From the NCBI GenBank assembly GCA_023440975.1, contig JAEZRD010000078.1:16043-48042 (forward strand): a stretch of 32,000 nucleotides of DNA. The letters are read 5' to 3'. Under the pieces are notes generated by a model. That model did not search any database, was not told the DNA's origin, and saw nothing but the letters and a program-made list of their open reading frames with translations. Source of the DNA: Methanobacteriota archaeon. GTDB taxonomy: Archaea > Methanobacteriota > Methanobacteria > Methanobacteriales > Methanobacteriaceae. Positions 9,370 through 17,707 of the stretch are shown here, one piece after another. A program made the translations under genes and the position numbers. Each line of letters begins with the position of its first letter. Position 1 is the stretch's first letter.

Positions 9370-9496
9370 ATTTACTTTTTTTATATTCTTTTTTTTAAGG
9401 AAACTTTTATAATTTTTAAAAGTTAATATATTTTTAATATATTAATTAATTCTTGTATTATTAATGAATAATTATTGATTTTAGGAGTATTTTAAG

Positions 9497-10687
9497 ATGT
9501 TTTTAACCCAAGATGAACAAAAAATGTGTGATGGTGAATATGGTGAAACTATACGTAAGAGTATGGATATTTTAGTTGCTTTAGGAGATATTTATGGGGC
9601 TGAAAAATTTGTGGACATTAGCTCTGCTCAGGTTTCCGGTGTTTCATATAAAACAATTGGTGAAGCTGGTTTAGAGTATCTTGAAGATTTAGCTTCTGAT
9701 AAAAGTGGTTTTGCTACTATACCTTCTACTCTTAATCCTGCTGGGACTGATTTGGATAATTGGGAGGAATTAGGTTTTCCATCTGATTTTGCAGCTAAAC
9801 AAACTAGTATTGTTAATGCTTATGGTCAATTAGGTATTTCTGAAACTTGTACTTGTACTCCTTATTTGATTGGTAATGTTCCTAGGTTTAGAGATCATAT
9901 TTCTTGGTCTGAATCATCTGCTGTAGCTTATGTTAATTCTGTTATTGGTGCTAGAACTAATCGTGAGGGGGGTCCTGGTGCTTTAGCTGCTGCTATTTGT
10001 GGTAAAACTCCTTTATATGGTTTTCACTTAGATGAGAATCGGGCTTCTACTCTTCTTATTGATGTTGATACTGATTTGGTGGGTGCTGATTTTGGTGCTT
10101 TAGGTTATGCTGTAGGTCAAATTGTTGGTGATGGTGTTCCTTATTTTAAATTAAATAATATTCCAAATAATAATGATTTAAAATCTTTAGGTGCTGCTTT
10201 AGCTTCTTCAGGTGCTGTTGCACTTTATTATGTAGAGGGTGTTAGTCCTGAGTATGATACTGTTGCTTCCAGTAGTGATGTTGATGAAAAAATGAGTATT
10301 GGTAGTTCTGAAATTAAAGATACTCGTGATAATTTATCTTCTGCTTCAGGATTTGCTGATTTGGTTTGTTTAGGTTGTCCTCATGCTTCTTTAGAAGAAA
10401 TTAAAGATGTTGCTAATTTTGTTAAAGGTAAACATATTTCAAATGAGCTTTGGATTTGTACATCTATAAATGTTAAGGCTGCAGCTAATAGAATGGGTTA
10501 TACTGAAATGATTGAAAATGCAGGAGGACATATAGTTCAAGATACTTGTATGGTAGTAGCTCCTATTGAAGACATGGGATATGAAATTATTGGTGTAAAT
10601 TCTGCAAAGGCAGCTAACTATGTACCATCTATGTGTGGTCTAAAAGTAATTTACAATGATTTTGAAAAATTGTTAAAATTCGATTAG
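9497..10687 (+). CDS. Aconitase X catalytic subunit (DUF521); probable phosphomevalonate dehydratase large subunit of the archaeal mevalonate pathway
   Basis: 396 aa. The N-terminus [53 protein letters not shown] is the typical AcnX/DUF521 opening. Cys-containing segments ([20 protein letters not shown]) fit Fe-S ligation. Confidence 0.75.
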   Translation: MFLTQDEQKMCDGEYGETIRKSMDILVALGDIYGAEKFVDISSAQVSGVSYKTIGEAGLEYLEDLASDKSGFATIPSTLNPAGTDLDNWEELGFPSDFAAKQTSIVNAYGQLGISETCTCTPYLIGNVPRFRDHISWSESSAVAYVNSVIGARTNREGGPGALAAAICGKTPLYGFHLDENRASTLLIDVDTDLVGADFGALGYAVGQIVGDGVPYFKLNNIPNNNDLKSLGAALASSGAVALYYVEGVSPEYDTVASSSDVDEKMSIGSSEIKDTRDNLSSASGFADLVCLGCPHASLEEIKDVANFVKGKHISNELWICTSINVKAAANRMGYTEMIENAGGHIVQDTCMVVAPIEDMGYEIIGVNSAKAANYVPSMCGLKVIYNDFEKLLKFD

Positions 10688-10809
10688 ATAATTTTTCAAA
10701 AAATATATTATTATACTTTTCAAATGCTCTAGGACAAAAGTTTTATTTATAAAATTATAAATTTTAGTTTAACTATCAATATAATTTACAATTAATGAGG
10801 TAAAATAAA

Positions 10810-11073
10810 ATGAATTATAAAGATATGAAATTTTGTCAATCCTGTGCAATGCCAATGACTGATGAACTTTATGGTACCGAAGCAGATGGAAATAAAAGTG
10901 AAGATTACTGTAAATATTGTTACCAAAATGGTAAATTTACAGGCGATATGACAATGGAAGAAATGATAGATTTTTGTGTGCCAAAAACTGTAGAAAATGC
11001 AGGTATGGATGAAAAATCCGCACGAAAAATGTTAAATGAAATGTTTCCAATGTTAAAAAGATGGCAAAAATAA
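10810..11073 (+). CDS. Small zinc-ribbon protein (putative zinc ribbon domain family)
   Basis: 87 aa. CQSC...x20...CKYC forms a 4-Cys ribbon followed by a helical tail. TGAGGT RBS upstream. Confidence 0.6.
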   Translation: MNYKDMKFCQSCAMPMTDELYGTEADGNKSEDYCKYCYQNGKFTGDMTMEEMIDFCVPKTVENAGMDEKSARKMLNEMFPMLKRWQK

Positions 11074-11202
11074 ATCAACAAGTAAAATTTCACTTTTTTT
11101 ATAAACTTTTTAATTTTTATATTTTTTTAGATTTTCTACTTTTTTTTATTATTTATTAATTAATAATCTGATTAAATAAAAAAAATAATAATTATATAAT
11201 AG

Positions 11203-11237
11203 TTAAACTAATATATTCATAATTAATATTAGTTTAA
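11203..11237. repeat. 12-bp perfect inverted repeat upstream of the Mur-ligase gene pair
   Basis: TTAAACTAATAT (11203-11214) and ATATTAGTTTAA (11226-11237) with an 11-nt spacer, 75-110 bp upstream of ATG 11312. Confidence 0.3.
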
Positions 11238-11311
11238 TAAAAAATTAAAGGAATATTATTAAAAAAATTTTCAAAATTTGTTTCAAATAAAAAATAGGGA
11301 GAATAACTAAA

Positions 11312-12802
11312 ATGGATTGTATAGTTATTGGAGCTGGAAATGCTGGACGTCCAGTTGCAAGATTACTTAATTATATAGGGCATAATGTTACAATTACAGA
11401 TCCTAAAAAATTAGAAGATTTTCATGATGATTTTCAGGAATATTTACTTATAATGGAAAAAGAAGGGGTGACTTTAGATTTAGGTAATATGACCCCAAAT
11501 TTAGAAGGATTTGACCATGTATATGCTGCACCTACATTGCCTGAAAACTCACCAGCCGCTCAAGCTATTAAAAAATCAAATTTAATTAAAATTACAAATG
11601 ATGATTTTGGAAAAATAGTTAATAATTTAATTAAACCTGATATAATTGGAATAACAGGTAGTGTTGGAAAAACAAGTACCACTCATATTGTAGATTCAAT
11701 GTTTAGAGCTGCAGGTTATAAAATATGGAAATGTTCATCAATGAATCAAAATTTAGTAAGTGAAGTGATTGTTGATGGTATCATTAAAGGTTTGCCCGAT
11801 AAAGCAGATATAGCCATATTAGAACTTCCTCATGGAACAGCAGGATTAATGGGTGAATTAAAACTTAAAGTAGGAGCATTACTTAATGTTTATGAAGAAC
11901 ATTTATCAGAATTTGGAGGGTCAATGGAAAAATACATCCAAAGAAAAATGTTCATTACAAAACACAGTGAAAAATTAATTTCCAGTGTGCAATGTAAAGA
12001 TATTCTTAAAGATAAACGTCCAGACACATTATATTATGGAATGATTAATAACATACCCGGCTATGAAGAAGGAATAGATTTCTTTGATAAAATTAACAAT
12101 GGAAAAGATATTGTTATCGGTGAATTTGAAGATGGTAAAAATCAAGTATGTAATTTCATTGGGGAAAGTGGACATAAATCAATTAGAATAGGATACAATT
12201 TTGAAGATAAAAAAGATGAATTTAGTTCTGAATTTTATATGATGAGTTATTATTTTGAAAATGCATTAGCAGCTACTGCAATATCAATGGCTTATGGTTT
12301 AGATTTAAAATTTATCAAAGAAGGATTAAAGAATTTTAAAGGTTTAGCAGTACACATGGAATATATTGGAAGTTATAAAGGTCGTGAAGTGTTTATAGAT
12401 GCATCATACTTAGTTGAAGGTATGAGAGCTACATTAGAATTCTTTGAAGATAAACCTCTTATAGTTTTATTAGATAATTTTGATACTACTACTGAACGAG
12501 ATAAACAGGAAGCTGGAAAATTAGTTGGAAAGTATGCAGATGTTATGGTTGCAACAGGTTTCAATGAACCTTATCAAAAAGTTATAATGGAACCAGCTCA
12601 AGAATTATTAGATGCAGCAGTAAATTCGGATGCTAAAAAAGTTTTAGCTGAAACAATGGTTGATGGAGCTGAAATGTGTATTAAATATTCTAAACCTGGA
12701 GATAGTATTTTGCATTTAGGTCCACAATTAATGCAAAATTACGAAAGTGTTAGAGAAAAAATAATTAAAGGTTTAGAAGAAGGTTGTAAAAAGTATGAAT
12801 AG
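11312..12802 (+). CDS. Mur-ligase-family peptide ligase (pseudomurein biosynthesis type)
   Basis: 496 aa. N-terminal Rossmann-like IVIGAGNAGRPVARLL, then the Mur ligase P-loop GITGSVGKTSTTHI. GGGAG RBS upstream. Confidence 0.75.
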   Translation: MDCIVIGAGNAGRPVARLLNYIGHNVTITDPKKLEDFHDDFQEYLLIMEKEGVTLDLGNMTPNLEGFDHVYAAPTLPENSPAAQAIKKSNLIKITNDDFGKIVNNLIKPDIIGITGSVGKTSTTHIVDSMFRAAGYKIWKCSSMNQNLVSEVIVDGIIKGLPDKADIAILELPHGTAGLMGELKLKVGALLNVYEEHLSEFGGSMEKYIQRKMFITKHSEKLISSVQCKDILKDKRPDTLYYGMINNIPGYEEGIDFFDKINNGKDIVIGEFEDGKNQVCNFIGESGHKSIRIGYNFEDKKDEFSSEFYMMSYYFENALAATAISMAYGLDLKFIKEGLKNFKGLAVHMEYIGSYKGREVFIDASYLVEGMRATLEFFEDKPLIVLLDNFDTTTERDKQEAGKLVGKYADVMVATGFNEPYQKVIMEPAQELLDAAVNSDAKKVLAETMVDGAEMCIKYSKPGDSILHLGPQLMQNYESVREKIIKGLEEGCKKYE

Positions 12803-14372
12803 TTTAGAACTATCTAGTTTATCTGATGAGGATTTATCCTCTTTAAACTTAGATTCTAAGGTTTTTGGAGTTATTGGAGTTTGTGGAGTTGTTGGTAATC
12901 TTGTTGCTAGAATCTTAATGGATAATGGGTTTACTGTTATAGGTACGGATATGTCCAGAGAAGAGGACTGTACTTTTAAAAGTTCTTTTGAAGGTTATGA
13001 TATTGAAATTTTTTATGGAGGTCATCCTGAAGAATTTTTTAGTAAAGTTGATTATATAATACCTCCTCCAAGTTTACCTAAAAAAGCTAAAGTTTTTGAT
13101 ATAATTCATGAAAAAAATATTCCTATTCTAAATTTAGGAGATATTTTTAAATTATTTAAACCGAATAAGTCTGTAATTTGTATTACTGGAACTAATGGAA
13201 AAACTACAACTACAACACTTTTAAAACATGTTGCTTATTACTCTGGATTAAAACCATCAGAACATAATTTAAAAGGTATGCAAGGGAATAATGAATTTAT
13301 TCCAAGTTTACAAAGTCGTTTAAATGGGGATGTGGCAATTTTGGAAACTGGAACTGATGGTACTCCGGGTGGATTAAATTCAATAGTGAAACTTACTAAT
13401 GCAACATCTGGTATTTTAACTAATATAACTCCTGATCACTTGTCTAATCATGCTAATTTGCTTGATTATGCTAAAGTTAAAGGAGAATTAGTTGAAGGTC
13501 TTAAAGGTAAACAATTAATTGTTAATTCTGATGATCCTACAATTATGGGATTACTTCGTGAATTGAATTATAATGGGGATTTAATTACTTTTGGATTAGA
13601 TGAAAAACCTGCTAAGATAGGTTATAAACCTTGTTGGTGTGGTAAAGATATTGAAATTCAAGAAATTATTTCTGGTGTAGGTAAATACAATTGTAACTGT
13701 GGAATTGATTATCAGACACCTGATTATATTGCTAAAGATATTTCTTTGCATGATAAAACATTTGTAGTTTCAGGTCCCGATGGGGATTATCCAATTCAAA
13801 TGGCTATTGAAGGGTTACATAATGTTTATAATTGTTTAGGAGTTATTGTTGCTGCTCGAAAATTTTTAAATTTACCTTATGATGTTATTCAAGAAGCTAT
13901 ATCTACTTTTAAAGGTGTTCCTGGTAGAATGGAGATTATGGGTTCTGTTGATGGTAAAACAGTTATGGTTGATTATGCTCATAATCCTGCAGGTGTTGAA
14001 ACAGTTTTAAGAGAATTAAACAAGATTTATGGCGATTTTGCAGTAGTTATTACTGTATCATCAGAATCTGGACATGATGGAGATGTTGAAATATTCAATG
14101 ATGCATTAAAATATGCTAAATTTATAGTTCCTGCATCTTATTCTGCTAGAATAGTCGCTGATGAATTTATTAAAGAAGATTCTTCACTACTCGATACTAT
14201 TGTTTTAACTGATGATATTCCTGAAGAATTTAGAAAAAGAACATTGGGTGCTACTAAAGAAGAAGTGTATGAAGGTATTAAAACTGGATTAAAAACTAAT
14301 GTTAATACTATTGTAGTGATTGGAGAAGCAGCAATTAAATTTAAATCTATAATTAATGATTTTAAAAAATAA
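12795..14372 (+). CDS. Mur-ligase-family peptide ligase (pseudomurein biosynthesis type) with an internal CxC...CxC cluster
   Basis: 525 aa. P-loop ITGTNGKTTTTTLLKHV, ILTNITPDHL, and DYAHNPAG at the central/C-terminal domain boundary. The ATG overlaps the upstream stop by 8 nt, consistent with translational coupling. Confidence 0.8.
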   Translation: MNSLELSSLSDEDLSSLNLDSKVFGVIGVCGVVGNLVARILMDNGFTVIGTDMSREEDCTFKSSFEGYDIEIFYGGHPEEFFSKVDYIIPPPSLPKKAKVFDIIHEKNIPILNLGDIFKLFKPNKSVICITGTNGKTTTTTLLKHVAYYSGLKPSEHNLKGMQGNNEFIPSLQSRLNGDVAILETGTDGTPGGLNSIVKLTNATSGILTNITPDHLSNHANLLDYAKVKGELVEGLKGKQLIVNSDDPTIMGLLRELNYNGDLITFGLDEKPAKIGYKPCWCGKDIEIQEIISGVGKYNCNCGIDYQTPDYIAKDISLHDKTFVVSGPDGDYPIQMAIEGLHNVYNCLGVIVAARKFLNLPYDVIQEAISTFKGVPGRMEIMGSVDGKTVMVDYAHNPAGVETVLRELNKIYGDFAVVITVSSESGHDGDVEIFNDALKYAKFIVPASYSARIVADEFIKEDSSLLDTIVLTDDIPEEFRKRTLGATKEEVYEGIKTGLKTNVNTIVVIGEAAIKFKSIINDFKK

Positions 14373-14424
14373 AATTTATAGAGATATATATTTTTTTTAA
14401 TTAAATAAAGGATAAAGTATTATT

Positions 14425-16821
14425 ATGGTAAATTTCATCGAACATAATTTAATTAGACCTAAAACTGCTGAAGCTAGAACATATCAACAAATTTTAGCTG
14501 CTGATGTTTTAAAAGATGGGAATACTATGATAGTGGCTCCAACTGCACTCGGTAAAACATTAGTAGCAGTACTTGTTGCAGCGGATAGATTAGATAAACT
14601 TAAAAAATCAAAAGTTCTTGTTTTAGCTCCTAGTAAACCTTTAGCTATTCAGCATGAAGAAAACTTTAGGAAATTTTTAATTCCAAAAGTTACATCTATT
14701 ACTGGTGCTGTCAAAACTGAAGAAAGAACTAAAAGATGGAATGAATCTCAAATAATTTGTGCTACTCCTCAAACTGTAGAATCTGACTTATTAAATGATC
14801 GTTATTCACTTGAAAATGTTTCTTTAGTGGTTTTTGATGAATGTCATCATGGGGTAGGTTCTTATTCATATGTTTATCTTGCTACTAGGTATGTTAGAGA
14901 AGCTAAAAACCATTTAATTTTAGGTTTAACAGCATCTCCAGGGTATGATAAATCAAAAATCAATGAAGTTTGTCAAAATCTATTTATTCAACAGGTAAGA
15001 ATAAAAACAGAAGATGATGTTGATGTTAAACCATATTTTAATCCTATTAAAATAGATTGGGTTCAAATAGAATTAGGTAAAGATTTAGAAAAAATTAAAG
15101 ATCTTCTTAATAAAGCATTAAAGATTCGTTTAAAAGGTTTAAAGTCTTTAGGAATTGTAAAAACAATTTCGGTCGGTAAAAGAGATGTTTTAAAAGCTAG
15201 AGGTCGTGTTCAAAATAGAATAGCTCGTTCAGCCAATCCTCCAAAAGAATGTTTTCAGGCAATGTCTATTCTCAGTGCTGTTATTAATGTACAACATTCT
15301 TTGGAACTTTTAGAAACTCAGGGAGTTATTACTTTTAATCAATATGTTAAAAGACTTCGTAAAAAAACTACTAAAGCTGCAAAGAATTTAATGTTAGATC
15401 CAAATTTTACTAAAGCAGTAAGACTAGCACAAGAAGCAGAAGATAAAGGTATTGAACATCCTAAATTACAAAAATTAGTTGAAATTCTTAAGAAAGAACT
15501 GGGGGTTGATGAATCTCAAACACGACTCAAATCTATGAGAGATACTGAAGATAATCCTAAAATTCCTAAAATTATTGTATTTACTCAATTTAGAGATACT
15601 CTTGAAATGATACATCAGAAATGTGAGAAAGAGGGTATTAAAAGTATTAAGTTCTTTGGTCAGGGTACAAGAGATGGTGAAAAGGGTTTAACTCAAAAAG
15701 AACAGAAAAATATTATTAAATCATTTAAAACAGGAACATATGATGTTTTACTTTCTACAAGTGTTGCTGAAGAGGGTATTGATATACCTGCTGTGGATTT
15801 GGTTATATTATATGAACCTGTTCCTTCTGAAGTTCGTATGATTCAAAGAAGAGGTAGAACTGGACGTAAGAATACTGGAAAGATGAAAGTTTTAATTACT
15901 AAAGGTACTAGGGATGAAGGTTATTTTTGGGCTTCAGTTAATAAAGAAAATAAAATGAAAAGACAATTATTGACTCAAGAAGCTATTAATGATTTGGATT
16001 TAGATGCAAAATCTAGAATTGAGAGTGTGAAAACTGAGAAAGTTCATAAACCTGTTATTGAAGATGATATGTTAGATGAAGAACTTGTTGGTGAAGATAA
16101 TAAGGAAATTAATATTGAAGGTAACTTAGATTTAAGTTCTAAAAATCAAAAGTTAACAGTTTTTGTTGACTCAAGAGAAGGAAATTCTAATGTTATTCGT
16201 GATTTAGATTTAATTGATGTAGATGTTAAAATTAAAGCAATGACTGTTGCAGATTATCAAGTTAGTGATGATGTTGCAATTGAAAGAAAAACTGCTAAAG
16301 ATTTTGTAGATTCTATTGTAGATAAACGTCTTTTTAAACAAGCTCGTATGATGATGGAAGAGTTTAAAAAACCAATATTGATTCTTGAAGGTGATGATTT
16401 CTACTCCGGATTTATTAATCCTAATGCTATAAGAGGATCTATAGCTTCAATTGCTTTAGATTTTGGAATTAGTATTATACCAACTAGGGGACCTGAAGAT
16501 ACAGCTGCAATGATAAAAAGAATAGCTTCTCGAGAACAAAAAGGTGAAAGACCTACTATTCAATTAAGAACTGAGAAAAAACCAGTAAATCTATGGGAAC
16601 AACAATTATTTATTGTTGAATCTTTACCAAATATAGGACCCGTTAGTGCTAAAAAATTATTAGAACATTTTGGTACAGTTAGTAATGTTTTAAATGCTTC
16701 TGAAGATGAATTACAAGAAGTAGAAGGTATTGGTAAAAAAACTGCAGAAAATATTAGAAAAGTTCTTGATGATCAATATTTAAATTTTAAAAAAGAAATT
16801 AAGGATAAAAAATTAATTTAA
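14425..16821 (+). CDS. hef: Hef: SF2 helicase fused to ERCC4/XPF-type nuclease and an HhH2 domain
   Basis: 798 aa. Walker A APTALGKT, DECHH box, helicase C motifs (VAEEGIDIP, QRRGRTGR), ERCC4 nuclease motif (VADYQVSDDVAIERKTAKDF), and a C-terminal HhH (VEGIGKKTAENI). Confidence 0.9.
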   Translation: MVNFIEHNLIRPKTAEARTYQQILAADVLKDGNTMIVAPTALGKTLVAVLVAADRLDKLKKSKVLVLAPSKPLAIQHEENFRKFLIPKVTSITGAVKTEERTKRWNESQIICATPQTVESDLLNDRYSLENVSLVVFDECHHGVGSYSYVYLATRYVREAKNHLILGLTASPGYDKSKINEVCQNLFIQQVRIKTEDDVDVKPYFNPIKIDWVQIELGKDLEKIKDLLNKALKIRLKGLKSLGIVKTISVGKRDVLKARGRVQNRIARSANPPKECFQAMSILSAVINVQHSLELLETQGVITFNQYVKRLRKKTTKAAKNLMLDPNFTKAVRLAQEAEDKGIEHPKLQKLVEILKKELGVDESQTRLKSMRDTEDNPKIPKIIVFTQFRDTLEMIHQKCEKEGIKSIKFFGQGTRDGEKGLTQKEQKNIIKSFKTGTYDVLLSTSVAEEGIDIPAVDLVILYEPVPSEVRMIQRRGRTGRKNTGKMKVLITKGTRDEGYFWASVNKENKMKRQLLTQEAINDLDLDAKSRIESVKTEKVHKPVIEDDMLDEELVGEDNKEINIEGNLDLSSKNQKLTVFVDSREGNSNVIRDLDLIDVDVKIKAMTVADYQVSDDVAIERKTAKDFVDSIVDKRLFKQARMMMEEFKKPILILEGDDFYSGFINPNAIRGSIASIALDFGISIIPTRGPEDTAAMIKRIASREQKGERPTIQLRTEKKPVNLWEQQLFIVESLPNIGPVSAKKLLEHFGTVSNVLNASEDELQEVEGIGKKTAENIRKVLDDQYLNFKKEIKDKKLI

Positions 16822-16825
16822 TTAA

Positions 16826-16872
16826 TATACAATAGAAAAATATTATGTTAATAATTTTATACAATAGAAAAA
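16826..16872. repeat. 15-bp perfect direct repeat (TATACAATAGAAAAA x2) in the hef-trmI intergenic region
   Basis: Copies at 16826-16840 and 16858-16872, offset by 32 bp and lying 30-75 bp upstream of the trmI start. Confidence 0.6.
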
Positions 16873-16900
16873 AATAAGTGAATCAGTGAAATAATATTAG

Positions 16901-17641
16901 GTGAGTTTTTTGAAGATTTTAATGGATGAAAGAGGTAAAAAATATTTACTTAAAGAGGATAGAGAGTTTCAATCAGATTTAGGTATTATAAAAAAAGAAC
17001 AAATGGAACGAGCTACAATTGGTGATGTAATAATTACTCATTTGGGTAAAGAATTTAAAGTTATTAAACCAACAGTTAATGATTTCATTGATTTAATGGA
17101 TAGAAGATGTTCTATACTTATTCAAAAAGATATAGGAGTTGTATTAGCACATACTGGTTTAGGTGCCGGTGACCGTGTTATTGATGCAGGAACCGGTGCA
17201 GGAGCTATAGCACTAAACTTTGGAAATGTTGTTGGAGAAAAAGGAAAAGTATATTCTTATGAAATTCGAGAAGATTTTTCAGAAGTAGCTAAAAAAAATA
17301 TAGATGATTTTGGAATAAAAAATATAGAAATTAAAAATCAAGATATTAAAGAAGGAATTGATGAAGAAGAAATAGATTTAGTATTTTTAGATCTTCCAAA
17401 ACCTTTTGAAATTTTTGAGGATGTTTATAAAAATCTTAGATTAGGTGGTTGGTTAGCTGTTTATGCCCCATATATTCAACAAGCAGAAGTTAGTTATAAA
17501 ATAGCTAAAAAAGTTGGATTTACTGATTTAAAGATTTCTGAAACATTAGAACGTGAAATGGAAGTAAGACCACAAGGTACTAGACCTAAAACACGAATGG
17601 TTGGACATAGTGGTTATTTAATTTTTGCACGAAAATTATAA
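16901..17641 (+). CDS. trmI: tRNA (adenine-N1)-methyltransferase TrmI (Gcd14 family, m1A57/58)
   Basis: SAM-binding motif VIDAGTGAGAIAL and family motif DLVFLDLPKPF. The start is uncertain: GTG 16901, TTG 16910 (6 nt after AGGTGA) or ATG 16922, all in frame. Confidence 0.85.
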   Translation: MSFLKILMDERGKKYLLKEDREFQSDLGIIKKEQMERATIGDVIITHLGKEFKVIKPTVNDFIDLMDRRCSILIQKDIGVVLAHTGLGAGDRVIDAGTGAGAIALNFGNVVGEKGKVYSYEIREDFSEVAKKNIDDFGIKNIEIKNQDIKEGIDEEEIDLVFLDLPKPFEIFEDVYKNLRLGGWLAVYAPYIQQAEVSYKIAKKVGFTDLKISETLEREMEVRPQGTRPKTRMVGHSGYLIFARKL

Positions 17642-17657
17642 TAGAAAAAGAGGGGAA

Positions 17658-17696
17658 AAAATTCGACAATATTAAAATTTTTAATTGTCGAATTTT
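17658..17696. terminator. Bidirectional hairpin between convergent trmI and leuS (13-bp perfect stem)
   Basis: AAAATTCGACAAT (17658-17670) pairs with ATTGTCGAATTTT (17684-17696) across a 13-nt loop, flanked by A/T runs. Confidence 0.5.
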
Positions 17697-17707
17697 ATAA
17701 TTAAATT

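Noticed and set aside
9400-9460. AT-only inverted repeats upstream of acnX (AACTTTTA/TAAAAGTT and TTAATATATT/AATATATTAA)
   Set aside because: They are composed purely of A/T in very low-complexity sequence, so they are indistinguishable from chance and from generic archaeal promoter-region AT richness.
12795-12802. 8-nt overlap between the two Mur ligase genes as an unusual feature
   Set aside because: Short ATG/stop overlaps are ordinary translational coupling in compact prokaryotic operons.
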